Assembly (NCBI GenBank): GCA_964187785.1 | Contig: OZ076412.1 | Coordinates: 67,580,001-67,644,000, forward strand | Reading direction: 5' to 3' | DNA length: 64,000 nucleotides | Source: Amphiscolops sp. MND2022 | Lineage: Eukaryota | Shown here: in pieces, positions 36,684 through 48,896 of the stretch | How the letters are laid out: each line of letters opens with the position of its first letter | Numbering within the stretch: position 1 is the first letter of the stretch | Notes under the pieces: model-generated | Seen by the model: only the letters and a program-made list of their open reading frames with translations | Databases searched by the model: none | What the model was told of the DNA's origin: nothing | Program-made: the position numbers and the translations under genes

Positions 36684-37334
36684 TGTCGCTTTTCGATTAA
36701 GGAAAAGTGCCCGACTACTACAGTGACTAATTTTTGTCACTCTCACTCTGAATGGTCCACTTTTTGTATCCAAAGCCTCTAATATGAAATACAAAACCAT
36801 TTCAAAGCAGAAGGGTTACCCTTTCCACTTTTTCGGCACTATAGGACTTCTTCGAAAACTTTTAAATGTCTCCAAAGGGTCCCATTTCAACTTCTTCGAT
36901 ATTTTGCAACTGGATTTTCAAAAAGCCCAAAAGTTCCCCGCTTTTACAACTCTCGGCATTATGAGAATTTTCAAGAAGACATTTTTAAATATGCGGCTTT
37001 TTTTCGGCACTGTAGGACTTTGCGGAAGTTCTTTCGGTAAAATGGTACCCCTCCACTTTAAAACGTTTTTGGTTGGAAAAACGTTTTGCGAGAATTTGGT
37101 GGGTTTACGTCTGGGGTTTTCGGCACTGTAAGACGTTCAAAAAAATACGATTTTTTTCCAAAAGATACCTTTTTGTGGTTTCCAAAGGTTTTTGAGTCGT
37201 ATGCGTATCCCACCGAGTATTTTTCGTTACTGTAAAATTGATAAAATTTCAACAATAGTGTCCTGTTGCATATTTAAAATCTTTACTCTTTTGAACCTTG
37301 AGCGGGCGCCGACTTGGGCCGTTCCCGGCTTGTT
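36684..37334 (-). mobile_element. DINE/HINE-like element, inverted copy
   Basis: Ends GCGCCGACTTGGGCCGTTCCCGGCTTGTT (reverse complement of the family 5' end); the 3' stem-loop motif lies at about 36684-36730. Confidence 0.55.
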
Positions 37335-38088
37335 AAATTTTAAGGATGTTCAAACACTATCGGCCGAATATTTTGTCAGTTATTTATACCACCATTTAGG
37401 CGATGGGGAGCAAGAAACAAAATCTCATTGGACGAACTTTGCTGAAAATCCACCGTTAACATGGACATATTTAAACATCATCACCTTTTTGGTTTCTCTG
37501 CGCACGGTCCATTCGAAAGAAGAGAAAGCGATGAAAAAAAGTTGAAGAGTATGAAAAAAAAGAAGCTCCTCAAACTAACCGTCAGCTTATTCCTGTGGCT
37601 AAGTTTTTCCATATTTGCCAACTTTCTATGCGCACAATTGACGTCGACCTGGTAAGTATCTATGAGCACTTATTACTATTACTTGAGAATTTGAGCAATG
37701 AAAAAAAATTCGTAAAAAGTTCCAGTGCCAAAAAACATCCAATTGTAATTGTAGACATTTTGGATGCGTTCTAGATTCACTTTCAGTACGAGAGACTTTC
37801 TGGTAAATATGTAAAAAAGGCCTTTCAGTAACATATGGAGAAACAAAACTACCTTTTCTAAAAAGCATTTACATGATTTACATATCATCCAACCACAACC
37901 AAAGAGATTGTTAGAACAACATTGAGAATGTTCAAGCTACTGCATTGGACGAGCCGTTTCACAATTAGAAGGGTTCCCAACTGCCATGAAAGAGTCAGTG
38001 ACTGCACCAATCACGGCACAACTCAACACGCTGTAATCATTCAAACTTCAGATATCAACTTCACTAATGTTAAGTTGGTGAAAGCCTT

Positions 38089-38532
38089 AACAAGCCGGAA
38101 ACGGCCCAAGTCGGCGCCATATCTAAGGCTCAAAAATAGCAAAAGGACTTCAAAATGTCAAAGTATTTGTGAATTGGGGACCCTTTTATGAAAAAAATTG
38201 AAAAAAGTCTCACAATGCCGAAAAAACTGAAAGGGGGCAACCCTTTGAGATTTTTCAACATCCATTGTCGGAAAATATCAAAAAATTGAAGGGGGGACCC
38301 TTCGGTGAATTTTTTTTTCGAAAAAAAGTCTCACAGAGCCAAAAATAATCTAAGGGAGTACCCTTTGGACCCGTTGAGTTTCTTACATGATGTAAAAATA
38401 CTACTTCGTAAGCTAAATAAGAATTGTAAGAAATTGTAAGAAAAGTGGACCATTCAGAGTGAGATTGTCAGCTGAAAAAAACTACCCACTGTAATAGTTG
38501 GGCTTTTTCCTTAAAGGAAAAGGCGCCGACTA
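38089..38532 (+). mobile_element. DINE/HINE-like element
   Basis: AACAAGCCGGAAACGGCCCAAGTCGGCGCC ... TTTTCC-TTAAA-GGAAAA GGCGCCGACT. Confidence 0.55.
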
Positions 38533-39233
38533 ACAAACCGGGAACGGCGTAAATCTGCACCCCCACCAAGGCTCAAGCGTAAACGTGCATTGCCGTTTTC
38601 GGTGATAACAACTTTATTTTAACAACTTTTTTCGGCGTTGAACGCCTTCATGTGAAAAACATGGGGCAATGACTGACAAAATAATTGTGCCAGCGAGCAT
38701 AGCAACTGCAAGCAGACGTTGTTGGTGTCTGAAGCACCTGACACTGTCAATAGGTGTAATTTGATGGACTATCTGGGTGACTCAATATTAAAGATTGTTG
38801 CTCATTACGTTGATGCCCAGTGACACCCGTAAAATCTAAGAAGTTCACCAAGCTGCACCCCCCCCCCCCCCCGTGTACAGCGTCAAGGAACGGTCATGTG
38901 ATGGAACAGGTACATATTAGAACCTTCCCTTTTCAATAACTGCACTAACACCGGGGGACACAACACCGGTGGTTCGGTACCTTCAAAACAATCAGAGAAG
39001 CTAATAGTTTATTGTCGAACCTCTTCAATTTTAGTGGCTGGAGTGCATTCAATGACAGCAATGACGCAAAAAAAATCTGGATGCAAATAACGCCTAAACA
39101 TCTTCAAATTTGAGAGAACTGTTAGACGAAAGATTATCTTGAATATGACCAACGACACTCTTGCGCCTAAAGCTTAACAAGAAATGCAATACTAACTTTG
39201 CGCCTAAAGCTTAACAAGAAATGCAATACTAAC

Positions 39234-39895
39234 TTGAGTCCCAAAATAGAAGCTCTTCTATCTTGTGACCGTGATCCAGTAAATAAAATATCGATATCAC
39301 TGGATTTAGTGCCAAATCCACTCATCGAATTTCCAAAAAGTTCTCCCAGATAGTCACCTTCAGACCATTTTACAACTCGAAGCTTTGACAGCTCGACAAA
39401 TTGATCGTACACAAAGAAGCGATTTTCAAGATCGGTTGATTGATTACACGATACAAGGTGGTTGACTTGAATTTCGTCTTCGAGATTTGAGCCATGTTGA
39501 AATATGACTGTTTCTCTGGGAATTGAACGAAGATTTTTTGAGTTCAGTGAAATATTCACTCGCCTTTTGACGTCTCTGGTGGGTGTAATAGTCTTCAATG
39601 AGCCACGGAAGTCACTCAGAATAGAGTTCGAAATATCTGAATTCTTGCACTTGGCTAAAGCTGAAATTTTTCCGTTGAAAGACAAAATGTTTCGAACACG
39701 GAGATCTTTAAAACCCCGACTTTCCAATAAGTTGAGGGCTTCCAATTTGTCACAATCAGATAGAAGTATTGATCTTCTGCTTAACGCTAAATGATGGTCG
39801 TAAAAATCATTGTAGGTTCTCAAGTGTCTCCGACAGAGAATTTGCATTGATTTATGAGTTTTCATCATTCTCACGCTACGCCACAGACAAAACAA
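39234..39895 (-). CDS. MTPAP: Exon 1 of the MTPAP-like nucleotidyltransferase (transit peptide, RL-like domain, catalytic DxD)
   Basis: ATG start; first 28 aa basic and free of acidic residues, ending LRTY; YNDFYDHHLALSRRSILL is RL-domain-like; FGNSMSGFGTKSSDIDI is the Pol-beta NTase motif; donor AA|GTTAGT is phase 2, matching exon 2 (spliced product about 485 aa). Confidence 0.8.
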
Positions 39896-40815
39896 AATAT
39901 AGCGATCAACAAAGAAGTATCAATTGCATTCACATTCCTGTCGAATCTGAAACCAACGAATGTGTCAAGACATGAACCTGATAATGTTGTTAGTATGCGA
40001 TCATTCTAGTCAAGGATTCATTTTCCCCACTCTCAGATGACATGGCTCTTGCGCCAAGTGGGACACCATATTAGCGGGAGATGGCACCTAACTGTGATCT
40101 GCACTAAAAAAAGAACATCTGAAGATTTCAGTAGCCAATATAAGCGGTCTTTGTTTCTCACATTCAGTACAATCAGTTTTTGTCAGGATTACCATATTTC
40201 AAGAAAGTGATTTAGGTTTTCAAAACCTCGGTACTTTTCAGCAGTTCTATAGAGCCATGGTTGTCAAGTTTCGTGTGGACACTTCTCTTGTCACCGATTA
40301 CTGGCAATCGAATGGAAAGTGCGTGGCAGTTTCTTGTTTCGTGACAGGACCACATCCAAATAGCTATTGTTCTCGACGAGACGAAGCTCTTTGACCCTTT
40401 GATCAACCATTACATCATCATAAACTCAAACTCATTATGATTAATTATGTGAAGAACCTGCTAAAGTGAATAAATACCTGCCACTATGTGACCAAGAATC
40501 AGTGCATTTAACATCTATCAATCCGATAACAAACTCTTCAACTCATGATGTCTCCACGACGACTTCACAGATCTCCAAAAGAGAATTTGGGCACAGTACT
40601 AGGTGAGTTTCCAAGAACCAACTAATTTTTGCCATTAACAATTCTTACTTCGATTTTTGAAAAACCGTATGTTTCATCTTCATCATTTCTACAAAAGAGC
40701 TCGACAAAATTTCTTTGCCGCCCATTTTTCGCGTTCATTTTGTTCTCGCCGAAACTCTTTGACCCTTTGATCAACAATTAACTAAAATAAATTGGGACTG
40801 AAACTAAAATAAATA

Positions 40816-41225
40816 AAGTGACTGGTTTGAGTAGTTTGTTGGTTGTTTTTTTGTTACTGGTCTACTGGTATAGTAGGACTAACTCTGATTTTCGATCCCG
40901 TTCTTTCGACCTACTTCCGCCCACCCAAAAAAAGTGGTAAAGATTGTCTTCAGACTTTCCACATGTACACATTGGTGATTCGCTTTTCCACGTCTTCCAT
41001 GCGGCCTAATATGTATGCTTCCACTATATTGTAACTGTTCTTAAATTGTTCTGTTTCATACCTGCCCGCAAAGAGGGGCTTCATTTTAGTCTTCTCCCCC
41101 CCAACATGATGATACACATGGCACTTGATTGATGACGAAGATCCATGATATCTGATAGAAGGAAAAAGTTTATTTGCATTCAAAATGTAGATTCTGAGTT
41201 TTTCCCAATCAGTCTTCATCATTAC
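40816..41225 (-). mobile_element. LINE 3' fragment (C-terminal Cys/His motif plus tail); partial copies at about 41700-41833 and 48660-48860
   Basis: CTCGKSEDNLYHFFW peptide; shared tail CCAGTAGACCAGTAACAAAAAAACAACCAACAAACTACTCAAACCAG. Confidence 0.45.
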
Positions 41226-41833
41226 GTCTGGGCGTATCTCAGTTCAGTTCAGATCAATCAAAGATAACATTTTAGTTCAAAATTCTCTTTCGACAGCCTT
41301 TCGTCTTAGGATACTCAGCACATCCGTTCCAAAATCGTTTCTGATAGGGCTCGTACTTGATAGATGAAGATCCATGATATCTGAGAGAAAAAAATTATTA
41401 GGGCAGCTGAAAAAAGGGGTGGCTGTAAATAGGTCAAAATTCTGGTCGAAAGGACAGAGGTCGAACCTTTTCATCGAATTGCAGGGATCGAATGGAAAGC
41501 GGTCGAATTTTATCGTATTTATTGTATGGCTCGGTCGCTTCGCTCCCTTCGCCAAGTAGCAACATTGAGGCATGGCCATATGGCACGTCGCTCCGCTTCG
41601 CTCCTGCATTCAGGGCACTAGGGGTATGTGAACATATCTGACTACGTTATAAAAATTTCGATCCGAGTTGTTTCGATTCCATTCAAAAATTTGGTATGTC
41701 GACCTGAGGACTAACTCTGATTTTCGATCCCGTTCTTTCGACCTACTTCCGCCCACCCAAAAAAAGTGGTAAAGATTGTCTTCAGACTTTCCACATGTAC
41801 ACATTGGTGATTCGCTTCTCCACGTCTTCCATG

Positions 41834-42390
41834 GGTTACCAGTCACTTGGCTTAATACCATTTGGCTTAATTTTTTCGTCGAGTCATTTGGCTTAAAAAT
41901 TTTAAGCCAAGTGACCACAAAATTAAGCCAACTCCGTTCTAACTCAAGGAATAAATATGTCAACTCCCGGAAATATCATAATGTGCGGCATATGCGGTGT
42001 ATGCACGCTCGCTCTCACCGTCTCAAAGACCAGCTCACACTACGATCGCTTCGCGATCTTCGTTCCCGCTAGGTCTTTGCTCCTGTTCGACCTCGCTTAG
42101 CAAGATGGGAATACAAGCGGCCCCAAGGGGCCGCAGGGCACTAGAGGAAATGGGGACATATCCGAGGGGTACTTGATATGACATGTTATATTGATACGCT
42201 GATTCCGTTATAAAGATAAATTCGACAAAATCTGTCACGTGTTTTCAACTAAGTGGTTTTAAGTCAAATGACTTTAGGCCAAGTAACTAATTCCCGAGAC
42301 ACTTAGCTTAAAAAATTTAAGCCAAGTGACCAATTGTATTAAGCCAAATGACTTTAAGCCAAATGGCATTAAGCCAAGTGACCATTTACC
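41834..42390. mobile_element. MITE with GG-terminal TIRs, subterminal TTAAGCCAA arrays and 8-bp TSD (Merlin/MULE-like)
   Basis: TIRs GGTTACCAGTCACTTGGCTTAATACCATTTGGCTTAA / GGTAAATGGTCACTTGGCTTAATGCCATTTGGCTTAA; TSD CTTCCATG at 41826-41833 and 42391-42398; related uninterrupted CTTCCATGC at about 40997. Confidence 0.85.
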
Positions 42391-44750
42391 CTTCCATGCA
42401 TATTCGGCAAAAGCAAAAGAGTTCCCAATAACTAACTCGCAGGTTTTGTTCGCAGTCGTAAGGTATTTTTGGATCGACTTTTGTGTGAGCGAAAAGTGAG
42501 CAGGGTTGCCAATTACTTGGGTTGACGATATTTGGGTTTGGGTTGCAGATTCACTATTTGGGGTACAACCACTGTTTGGTTGGGTATTTGGGCGATTCGC
42601 GGTATCTGGGAGGTAAAATTGGATTCCAGAATAAAATTTAGCGGACCGAATCGAACAATTATGAAATTCGGGAAAGCATGGAAATATCCATGAATGTGTA
42701 AACAACAATATGAGATGTTTTCTGGATTCCGGTCGTTCCGGCATAAAACGTTTCGGCAAAAACATGGCGGCGGACGTTTCGGCAAAAAAAATGCCGAAAC
42801 GTCTCAGGCTAAAAACATTTGCCGAAACGTTTCGTATGATATGTGGGGCATATCCGGTGTATGCACGCTCATTCTCACCGTCGCAATGACCAAGATAAGA
42901 TACCAGTTTGTAGAATTCTGGAATTGAAGAAAAACGATAAGACCATTAATGTAGGAATGATGCAAAGCATAAAGCGTGCCTCGGATATGTCCTCACTTCC
43001 TCTAGTGCCCCGCGGCCCCTTGGGGCCGCTTATATTCCCATTTTGCTGAGCTAGGTCGAACAGGAGCAAAGACCTAGCGCGAACGGAGATCGCGAAGCGA
43101 TCGTATTGGGAGCTGGTCTTTGCGACGGTGAGGGAGAGCGTGCATACATCGCATATGCCCCACATTATAATTTCGGTTTCAGAACACATAGTAGATCATA
43201 AAGGGGTGAGACCTAAGTGTTTTAGATAAAATTAGATCTGAAAGTTAGACCTAACAGTTAGATCTAATTCCATTAGACCCGCGGCAATTAGATCAAAGGC
43301 GTACACTCCAAGCCCAATATAGCAAGTGACCTGTAGCTGTTTCTCTACAATGATGTCATTCGGATAAGTTAATAATAAAATAACTCTTAAATTGTGCTCA
43401 ACTTTATAAATTGAAGCAAACTAAAATCGAGCGGAAGAACAAAAACAAAACTATATGCGTCTACGCATAGCTGTGAACCAATCGACAATCTCTGTAACGT
43501 CTGAATTCTCATCAGCCATCTGAAGACAGACGTAATACTCGGCGCTATATCACCAAAGTATTTTAACGTACTGACTACAATCATCAAAGACAATTCGTCA
43601 ATCCTAGTTTTTGCCTCCTAGCCAGCAGATAGTCAAAATCATCTCAAATGTATTTAAAATAAATGCTAAAATACTAATTTTTCAACCTCACAAGTTTCGA
43701 GGGAAAAAATGAGAATCCAAGAATAATTGCGAAAAATTTGCAGAATTGCTTTCCACCAGTCAATTCGGTAATTAGGTGTGGTGGTCACTCTTTGGGGGTA
43801 AATTCGAATTATTGGGTATTTGGGTTGCGTGCTCTTGATAATTGGGTTGGGATTTGGGGTCCATTCACTATTTGGGTTGGATATTTGTAATTGGGTACCA
43901 CTATTTGAACCATTAATTGGGTTTCAACCAATTAATTGGTTTTACTAATTGGAAACCCTGAAAGCGAGGAAATCTGGACGTTTCGGTGACAGACTTTTTA
44001 ACGACAAAGTGTCGCCGAATCGTCTTTGTCGCTGAAACGTCCTCTAAGAAGCTAAAAACGTACGTTCTGGAAGCGAAAATGATATAATGTGAGGCATATG
44101 CTGTGTATGCAGGCTCACCCTCAACGTCGCAAAGATCAGGTCCCACTACGATCGCTTCGCGATCTCCGTTCCCGCTTGGTCTTCGCTCCTGTTCGACCTC
44201 GCATAGCAAGATGGGAACATAAGCGGCCCCAAGCGGCCGTGGGGCTCTAGAGGAAATGGGGACCGAGGCACGTTTATACTTTTTAAATGATATCTTTCAT
44301 ATGATGTATACAAAACCAAGTCTCCTGATAGTCTATGTTGTAATCTTCAAATATATGTTTCCGCCCATCCCATGAAGAGACGTTTCGGCGACAGTTTTCC
44401 TCCCACCCTGTTAAGAGACGTTTCAGCGACACTTTGTCGCCGAAACGACTTGTTCCCAAAGCGAGATCGAAAATGAATCGAAAGATTTTGAGATCGAATT
44501 GTTCCGTATATGCAAGGTTTTTGCTCCTGCAAAGCGTTAACAATATTTTAGGTACTTTTCCCAACCTAATACGGGGTCATATATGGTGTATGCACGCTCG
44601 CCCTCACCGTCGCAAAGACCAGCTCCCACGAAGATTGCTTCGCGATCTCCGTTCTCGCTAGGTTTTTCCTCTGTTCGACCTCGCTCAGCAAAATGGGAAC
44701 ATAGGCGGCCCAAAGGGCCGCAGGGCACAGCGGAAATGGGGGGGGGTATC
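41977..44750. repeat. Cluster of a ~190-bp two-hairpin module (41977-42166 +, 42979-43169 -, 44083-44267 +, about 44570-44750 +; head only at about 42840-42895)
   Basis: Shared sequence GGCATATGCGGTGTATGCACGCTC...GATCGC-TTC-GCGATC...GCGGCCCC-AA-GGGGCCGC-AGGGCA-CTAG. Confidence 0.85.
43968..44456. mobile_element. Probable MITE with CGTTTCGG/CCGAAACG subterminal arrays
   Basis: GG...CC ends with imperfect TIRs; flanks GAAAGCGA and CAAAGCGA (8-bp TSD with one mismatch). Confidence 0.55.
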
Positions 44751-44819
44751 CGACGACCAAAAACATTGTTATTCGAAAACGCTAAGTGGTTGAAAACCTT
44801 GATTCGATCTCATTGTCGT

Positions 44820-45600
44820 TGGCTTTTTTACTTCAATCACAGTGACAGTATGCATATTCGTGCGAATTCATTCGATCTCAACGCCCACCGCCGTTCGCAA
44901 GGTAAGGATTTCCAATTATCAACGGTTCTGTAAGCTGCCCCATCTCTTAATTCAATTATGTTCGATGAATTGGTCTGTTTCTTGTTTGCTGTATTCGGTC
45001 AGAGTTTCGTCGCAGAAGAATATTCTAAATTTGAAGAGTTTTTTTTCCAATGCAAGGTTTACTGCAGATATACTTCTTCTTATGTATCTGAAGCGTGAGT
45101 GTGTATTACTCACCAAGTCCTTGGATTTTATGAACTTGATAACGAATTTCACTTCTATGGCATCATTGTCAATTGGATGTATTCCCAACAAAGTTTCACA
45201 TGTGCTGACTGTAGGAGTGAAGTCATGTCGAAAGATTGTTCGGATGCAATAAATTTGTACCCTCAGCATTGTGTTTCGATTTTTCTAAAACCACATTGAC
45301 GATGCTTATGAAAGCTGTGGACGATAATAGTCTTGTATAAGAGAACCAACGCTGGAATTGCCAAGCTCCATTTACATCCCAAGACTCTTGAGGCTTTATC
45401 CCAGCTGCGTTTAGCTTTGTTACAGACTCTTTCGGCGTGTTCTTCATAACCCAGCTTATCATCAATCAACAGACCGAGTGATTTTGTGACTCTCGTGATT
45501 GCAAATTCTTCATTGTTGTTGGACCCGTAAAATAGGTTCCAATAAAGGAAGAACTGGGCTACTTTTTTGGCAAAGTTGTTTTTCTCAAAAGTCATGATAC
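44820..45600 (-). pseudogene. LINE (CR1/L2/Jockey-like) reverse-transcriptase C-terminal fragment
   Basis: KSLGLLIDDKL...CNKAKRSW...LVLLYKTII...CETLLGIHPID matches LINE thumb/C-terminal patterns; frameshifted. Confidence 0.55.
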
Positions 45601-45699
45601 TGATGACAAGGCAAATTTGGACCCGTAAAAGACGTACTGCAATTTATTGGCTGTTCATGAAGAGTTTCCTCAAATTTGCAATAAGAGCAGTCAGCAACA

Positions 45700-48645
45700 T
45701 TATATCAGAATGTGGTAATCCTGCATTTGGTTAGATTTTGAGGTTGAGTTGTGATGAAAATTAACGAAACCTGCGACGCTCTGAAATGTCTGAAGCCCTC
45801 AGGGTTGATAGACTGGGTAAATTGTAAGCTTTGCAACGGATGGGTTCGTATAAAATGCGCCAATTTATCAAAAACGGGAGCCCGGAGCCTTATCGAAATT
45901 AAATGTTGTAGATGCTTTTTAGTGAACACAATCCCTTAGTGTCACGATGATAACATTAGACCAGACACCCTTTTTAATTCAGGGTGTTTGTTGTTTACTT
46001 GAAAAGAGTTCCTAAAAATTCACGGATCCCTCTTGCTTAAAACTTGATACCCAAAATTAATGATAGGTGTGAAACCCCGTCAAATATTGTCTTGTGGTGC
46101 TCAATGCCCTTCTCTCTAAGCTATTTTTTGGAAAAACCACCTCGAGAAGGTTAACGTCAGAGGTCATCACTTAGTGCAATTATCAAGCAGCGTATTCGAG
46201 ATGGTGTCATTGAGAAAAGAACGAAATTCGACAGAAAATCGCAGCAGAAAAGCGAGTTATATCGACGACTGCGTTCCATTTGCACTAAATTAGACGAAGG
46301 TATTGTTAACGCCGGAATTAGAATGGCAGTACGCGACAACAAAACGCAGATTTCACGGTAGACAACTACGCCACCCTTAAGCTGAAACATCCGCAGAGAG
46401 AAACTTACTGTGTTCCGGACCCCACAGATATCGATTGTACTTCAACCCCGGAGTTTTTCGTCCACAAGGCTTTCATGTCTTTTCCCAACAGCTCTAGTGC
46501 AGTGATAGATGGTATTTCGTTACAAATTTTGAAAGATTTGACTGCCAAGTTGAACGGGCAAACTGGACTGAGTTTTCTCGGAGCCTTAACAAACCTTGTG
46601 AATGTGATTCTCGGAGGAAAAGTACCTTTCGAACTTCGGCCGTACTTCTATTGCGCGAAACTAATTGCGCTAAAAAGGCCCGATAGAGAACTTTGTCCTA
46701 TCGCTGTAGGCATTTATTTCCGCCAATTGTCCGCAAAATGTGCCGGATACTATGTCTTCGAATCACTTCAAGCAAGATATGGAAATCGACAAGTAGGTGT
46801 AGGCACCAAAAGGGGCGCTGAATTGGCCTCACATGTTTTCCGTTGTTTGATAGAAAGCCCTCAGCCCAAAGAAAACGTAATTTTGAAAATTGACTTTGAA
46901 AACGCTTTCGATTCGATAAACCGGCAATTCATGCTACAGAAAGCTTCTGAAATACACCCTGAAGTTTATAAGTATTCACAATCGGCGTACAGTCAGCCAA
47001 GTTTTCTTTTTTACGGTGATTCAGTAATCAAATCTTGTGAAGGGACCCAGCAAGGAGATCCTGAGTCTCCAGCTCTGTTTTCGGATTCCATTCAGGATCT
47101 GATTGACAGTTTAGAGTCGAAAACAAACTTATGGTACCCTGACGATGGAAATTTAAGTGATGATTACAGAACCGTTTTGAAAGATCTCAAAAAAATTGTT
47201 GAAGCGGAAAGAACGCTGGGACTCAAAATTAAACCCACGAAATGTCAAGTTTTTTCCCTGGTGACATCACTGAAAAACGACGATCGACAATTTTAGCATC
47301 TTTCCAAAAACTTTGCCCCGGGATCAAAGCACCAAAGAAAGATGAACTTATCCTTCTTGGCTCACCGCTCGGCCCGAAATCACAAGCAGACTTATTGGAA
47401 AAGACAATTAATGAACTGGAAAAAGTTAACGGGATTGTTGAAAAACTAGATGCGCACTATGGTTTTTATGTTGAAAAATTGCTTCAGTTTGCCAAAGTTG
47501 TTGTACTTCCTGAGAACCAGTACATGTTTTATTCATCCAGCTCTCTTGGGGGAATATGACAAAACCGTGCGCGACGGACTTTCCAAAGTGTGTAACGTGA
47601 AGTTCGACGATATTCTGAGTACTCAGCTGGCTCTGCCTGCTGAGATGGGTGGTCTTGGGGTTTCATCCGCATAATTATTAGCACTTCCCAGCTTTCTGGT
47701 CTCAGCATTTGGTGCGAGTGACTTTCTCACGACGATTTTTTCGGAAACATTCGAAGTTCACAAAAGCGCTTGAGAAGTGGTTGAGTTTGACGAATGAACA
47801 AGTAAGTCCTCTCGATGGAACTCAGAAAAATTGGACACAACCGGTCCACGTCAAAACCGCCCAAGATTTGATTTCTAGAATGGATGACAAACGTTCTAAA
47901 ATTTTTACCGCTCATCAAGGCAAATTCGGGTCTCAATGGCTGAACGTCGTTCCTTGCAAGAACCATGATCAGCAACTTTGAATTTCAATTGGTTTGCGTC
48001 TCGATGCCAACATCTGCGTTGCGCATACGTGCCACTGTGGTAAAAGAGTTGAACGGGACCGTTTACAGGTCTTTCTTGCACCAAGAGTGCTGGTCGCTTC
48101 TCACGTCATGCTACTCTGAATTTTCTCTTAAACAGACGTTGGGATCTCTCAACTTGCCTTCAATGCTCGAACCGCGTTGACTGTACCGAACTGATGGCGA
48201 ACTGACAGACGGTGTTACCATGGTTCCTTGGGAAATGGGTAAACAGCTGGTGTGAAATGTCACGGTTGTGGATGCTCTTGCACCCAGTCGCCTGAATCAA
48301 AGCTCTTTATGCAACCCGGGAACCACCGCCACCGAGGCTGAAGCGCATAAAATTGAGAAGTAACGCAAATTAATAGACAATGGATGCATTTTTCAGCCGG
48401 TGGCCTTTGAAGTACAGGGTTCTTTAGGCGAGAGCAGTGAAATTTTCATCACGCGTCTCTGCAAAATGCTCTGTCGTTTGCACGACGATCAACGAGCTGG
48501 CATCTTTTTGAAGCAACGGATTTCAATGGCTCCTCAGATCGGCAATGCGGCCTGTGTTCTAGGAACTGTGAGCGACAGAGATGCGTTCGAAGAAATTTAT
48601 TACAATTAGCTCAATTTTTTTGACCTTTATATCATAGCAGCTTTA
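45700..48645 (+). mobile_element. Degenerate CRE-clade-like non-LTR retrotransposon (PHD finger, RT, restriction-like endonuclease)
   Basis: RT: AKLIALKRPDRELCPIAVG, QVGVGTKRGAE, KIDFENAFDS, GTQQGDP, WYPDDG. REL: DGVTMVPWEMGKQLV*NVTVVD...FQPVAFEVQGSLG (about 48190-48609). C4HC3-like CDALKC...WVNCKLCNGWVRIKC...CCRC at 45751-45939. Many stops and frameshifts. Confidence 0.8.
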
Positions 48646-48896
48646 AAAAAACTTCTACCGGTCGACTGCATAGTGGCTGGTTTGAGTAGTTTGTTGGTTG
48701 TTTTTTTGTTACTGGTCTACTGGTATAGTGGCTGGTATGGGGTTCCTTACTTTCGTTGCAGACCACGGGTGTGTGTCGTCTCCCCCCAATATGATGATAC
48801 ACATGGCACTTGATTGATGACAAAGATCCATGATGTCTGATAGAATAAAAAAATTGCCATCTGTGACGCTAATTAACAAGCCCATCACAACAATTC

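Noticed and set aside
37461-38090. Possible nested plus-strand gene in the intron (hydrophobic peptide followed by a perfect GTAAGT donor at about 37651)
   Set aside because: The nearest plausible acceptor gives an immediate stop or a very short product, the frame depends on homopolymer lengths, and no homology is recognisable; needs RNA-seq.
40200-40790. Short duplicated motif CTCTTTGACCCTTTGATCAAC and a possible divergent first exon (ATG 40545, donor GTGAGT)
   Set aside because: Too short to support a gene call; no downstream exon identified.
42500-43910. TTGGG-rich tracts resembling telomeric repeats
   Set aside because: Irregular spacing and no TTAGGG arrays; likely degenerate subterminal arrays of another repeat.
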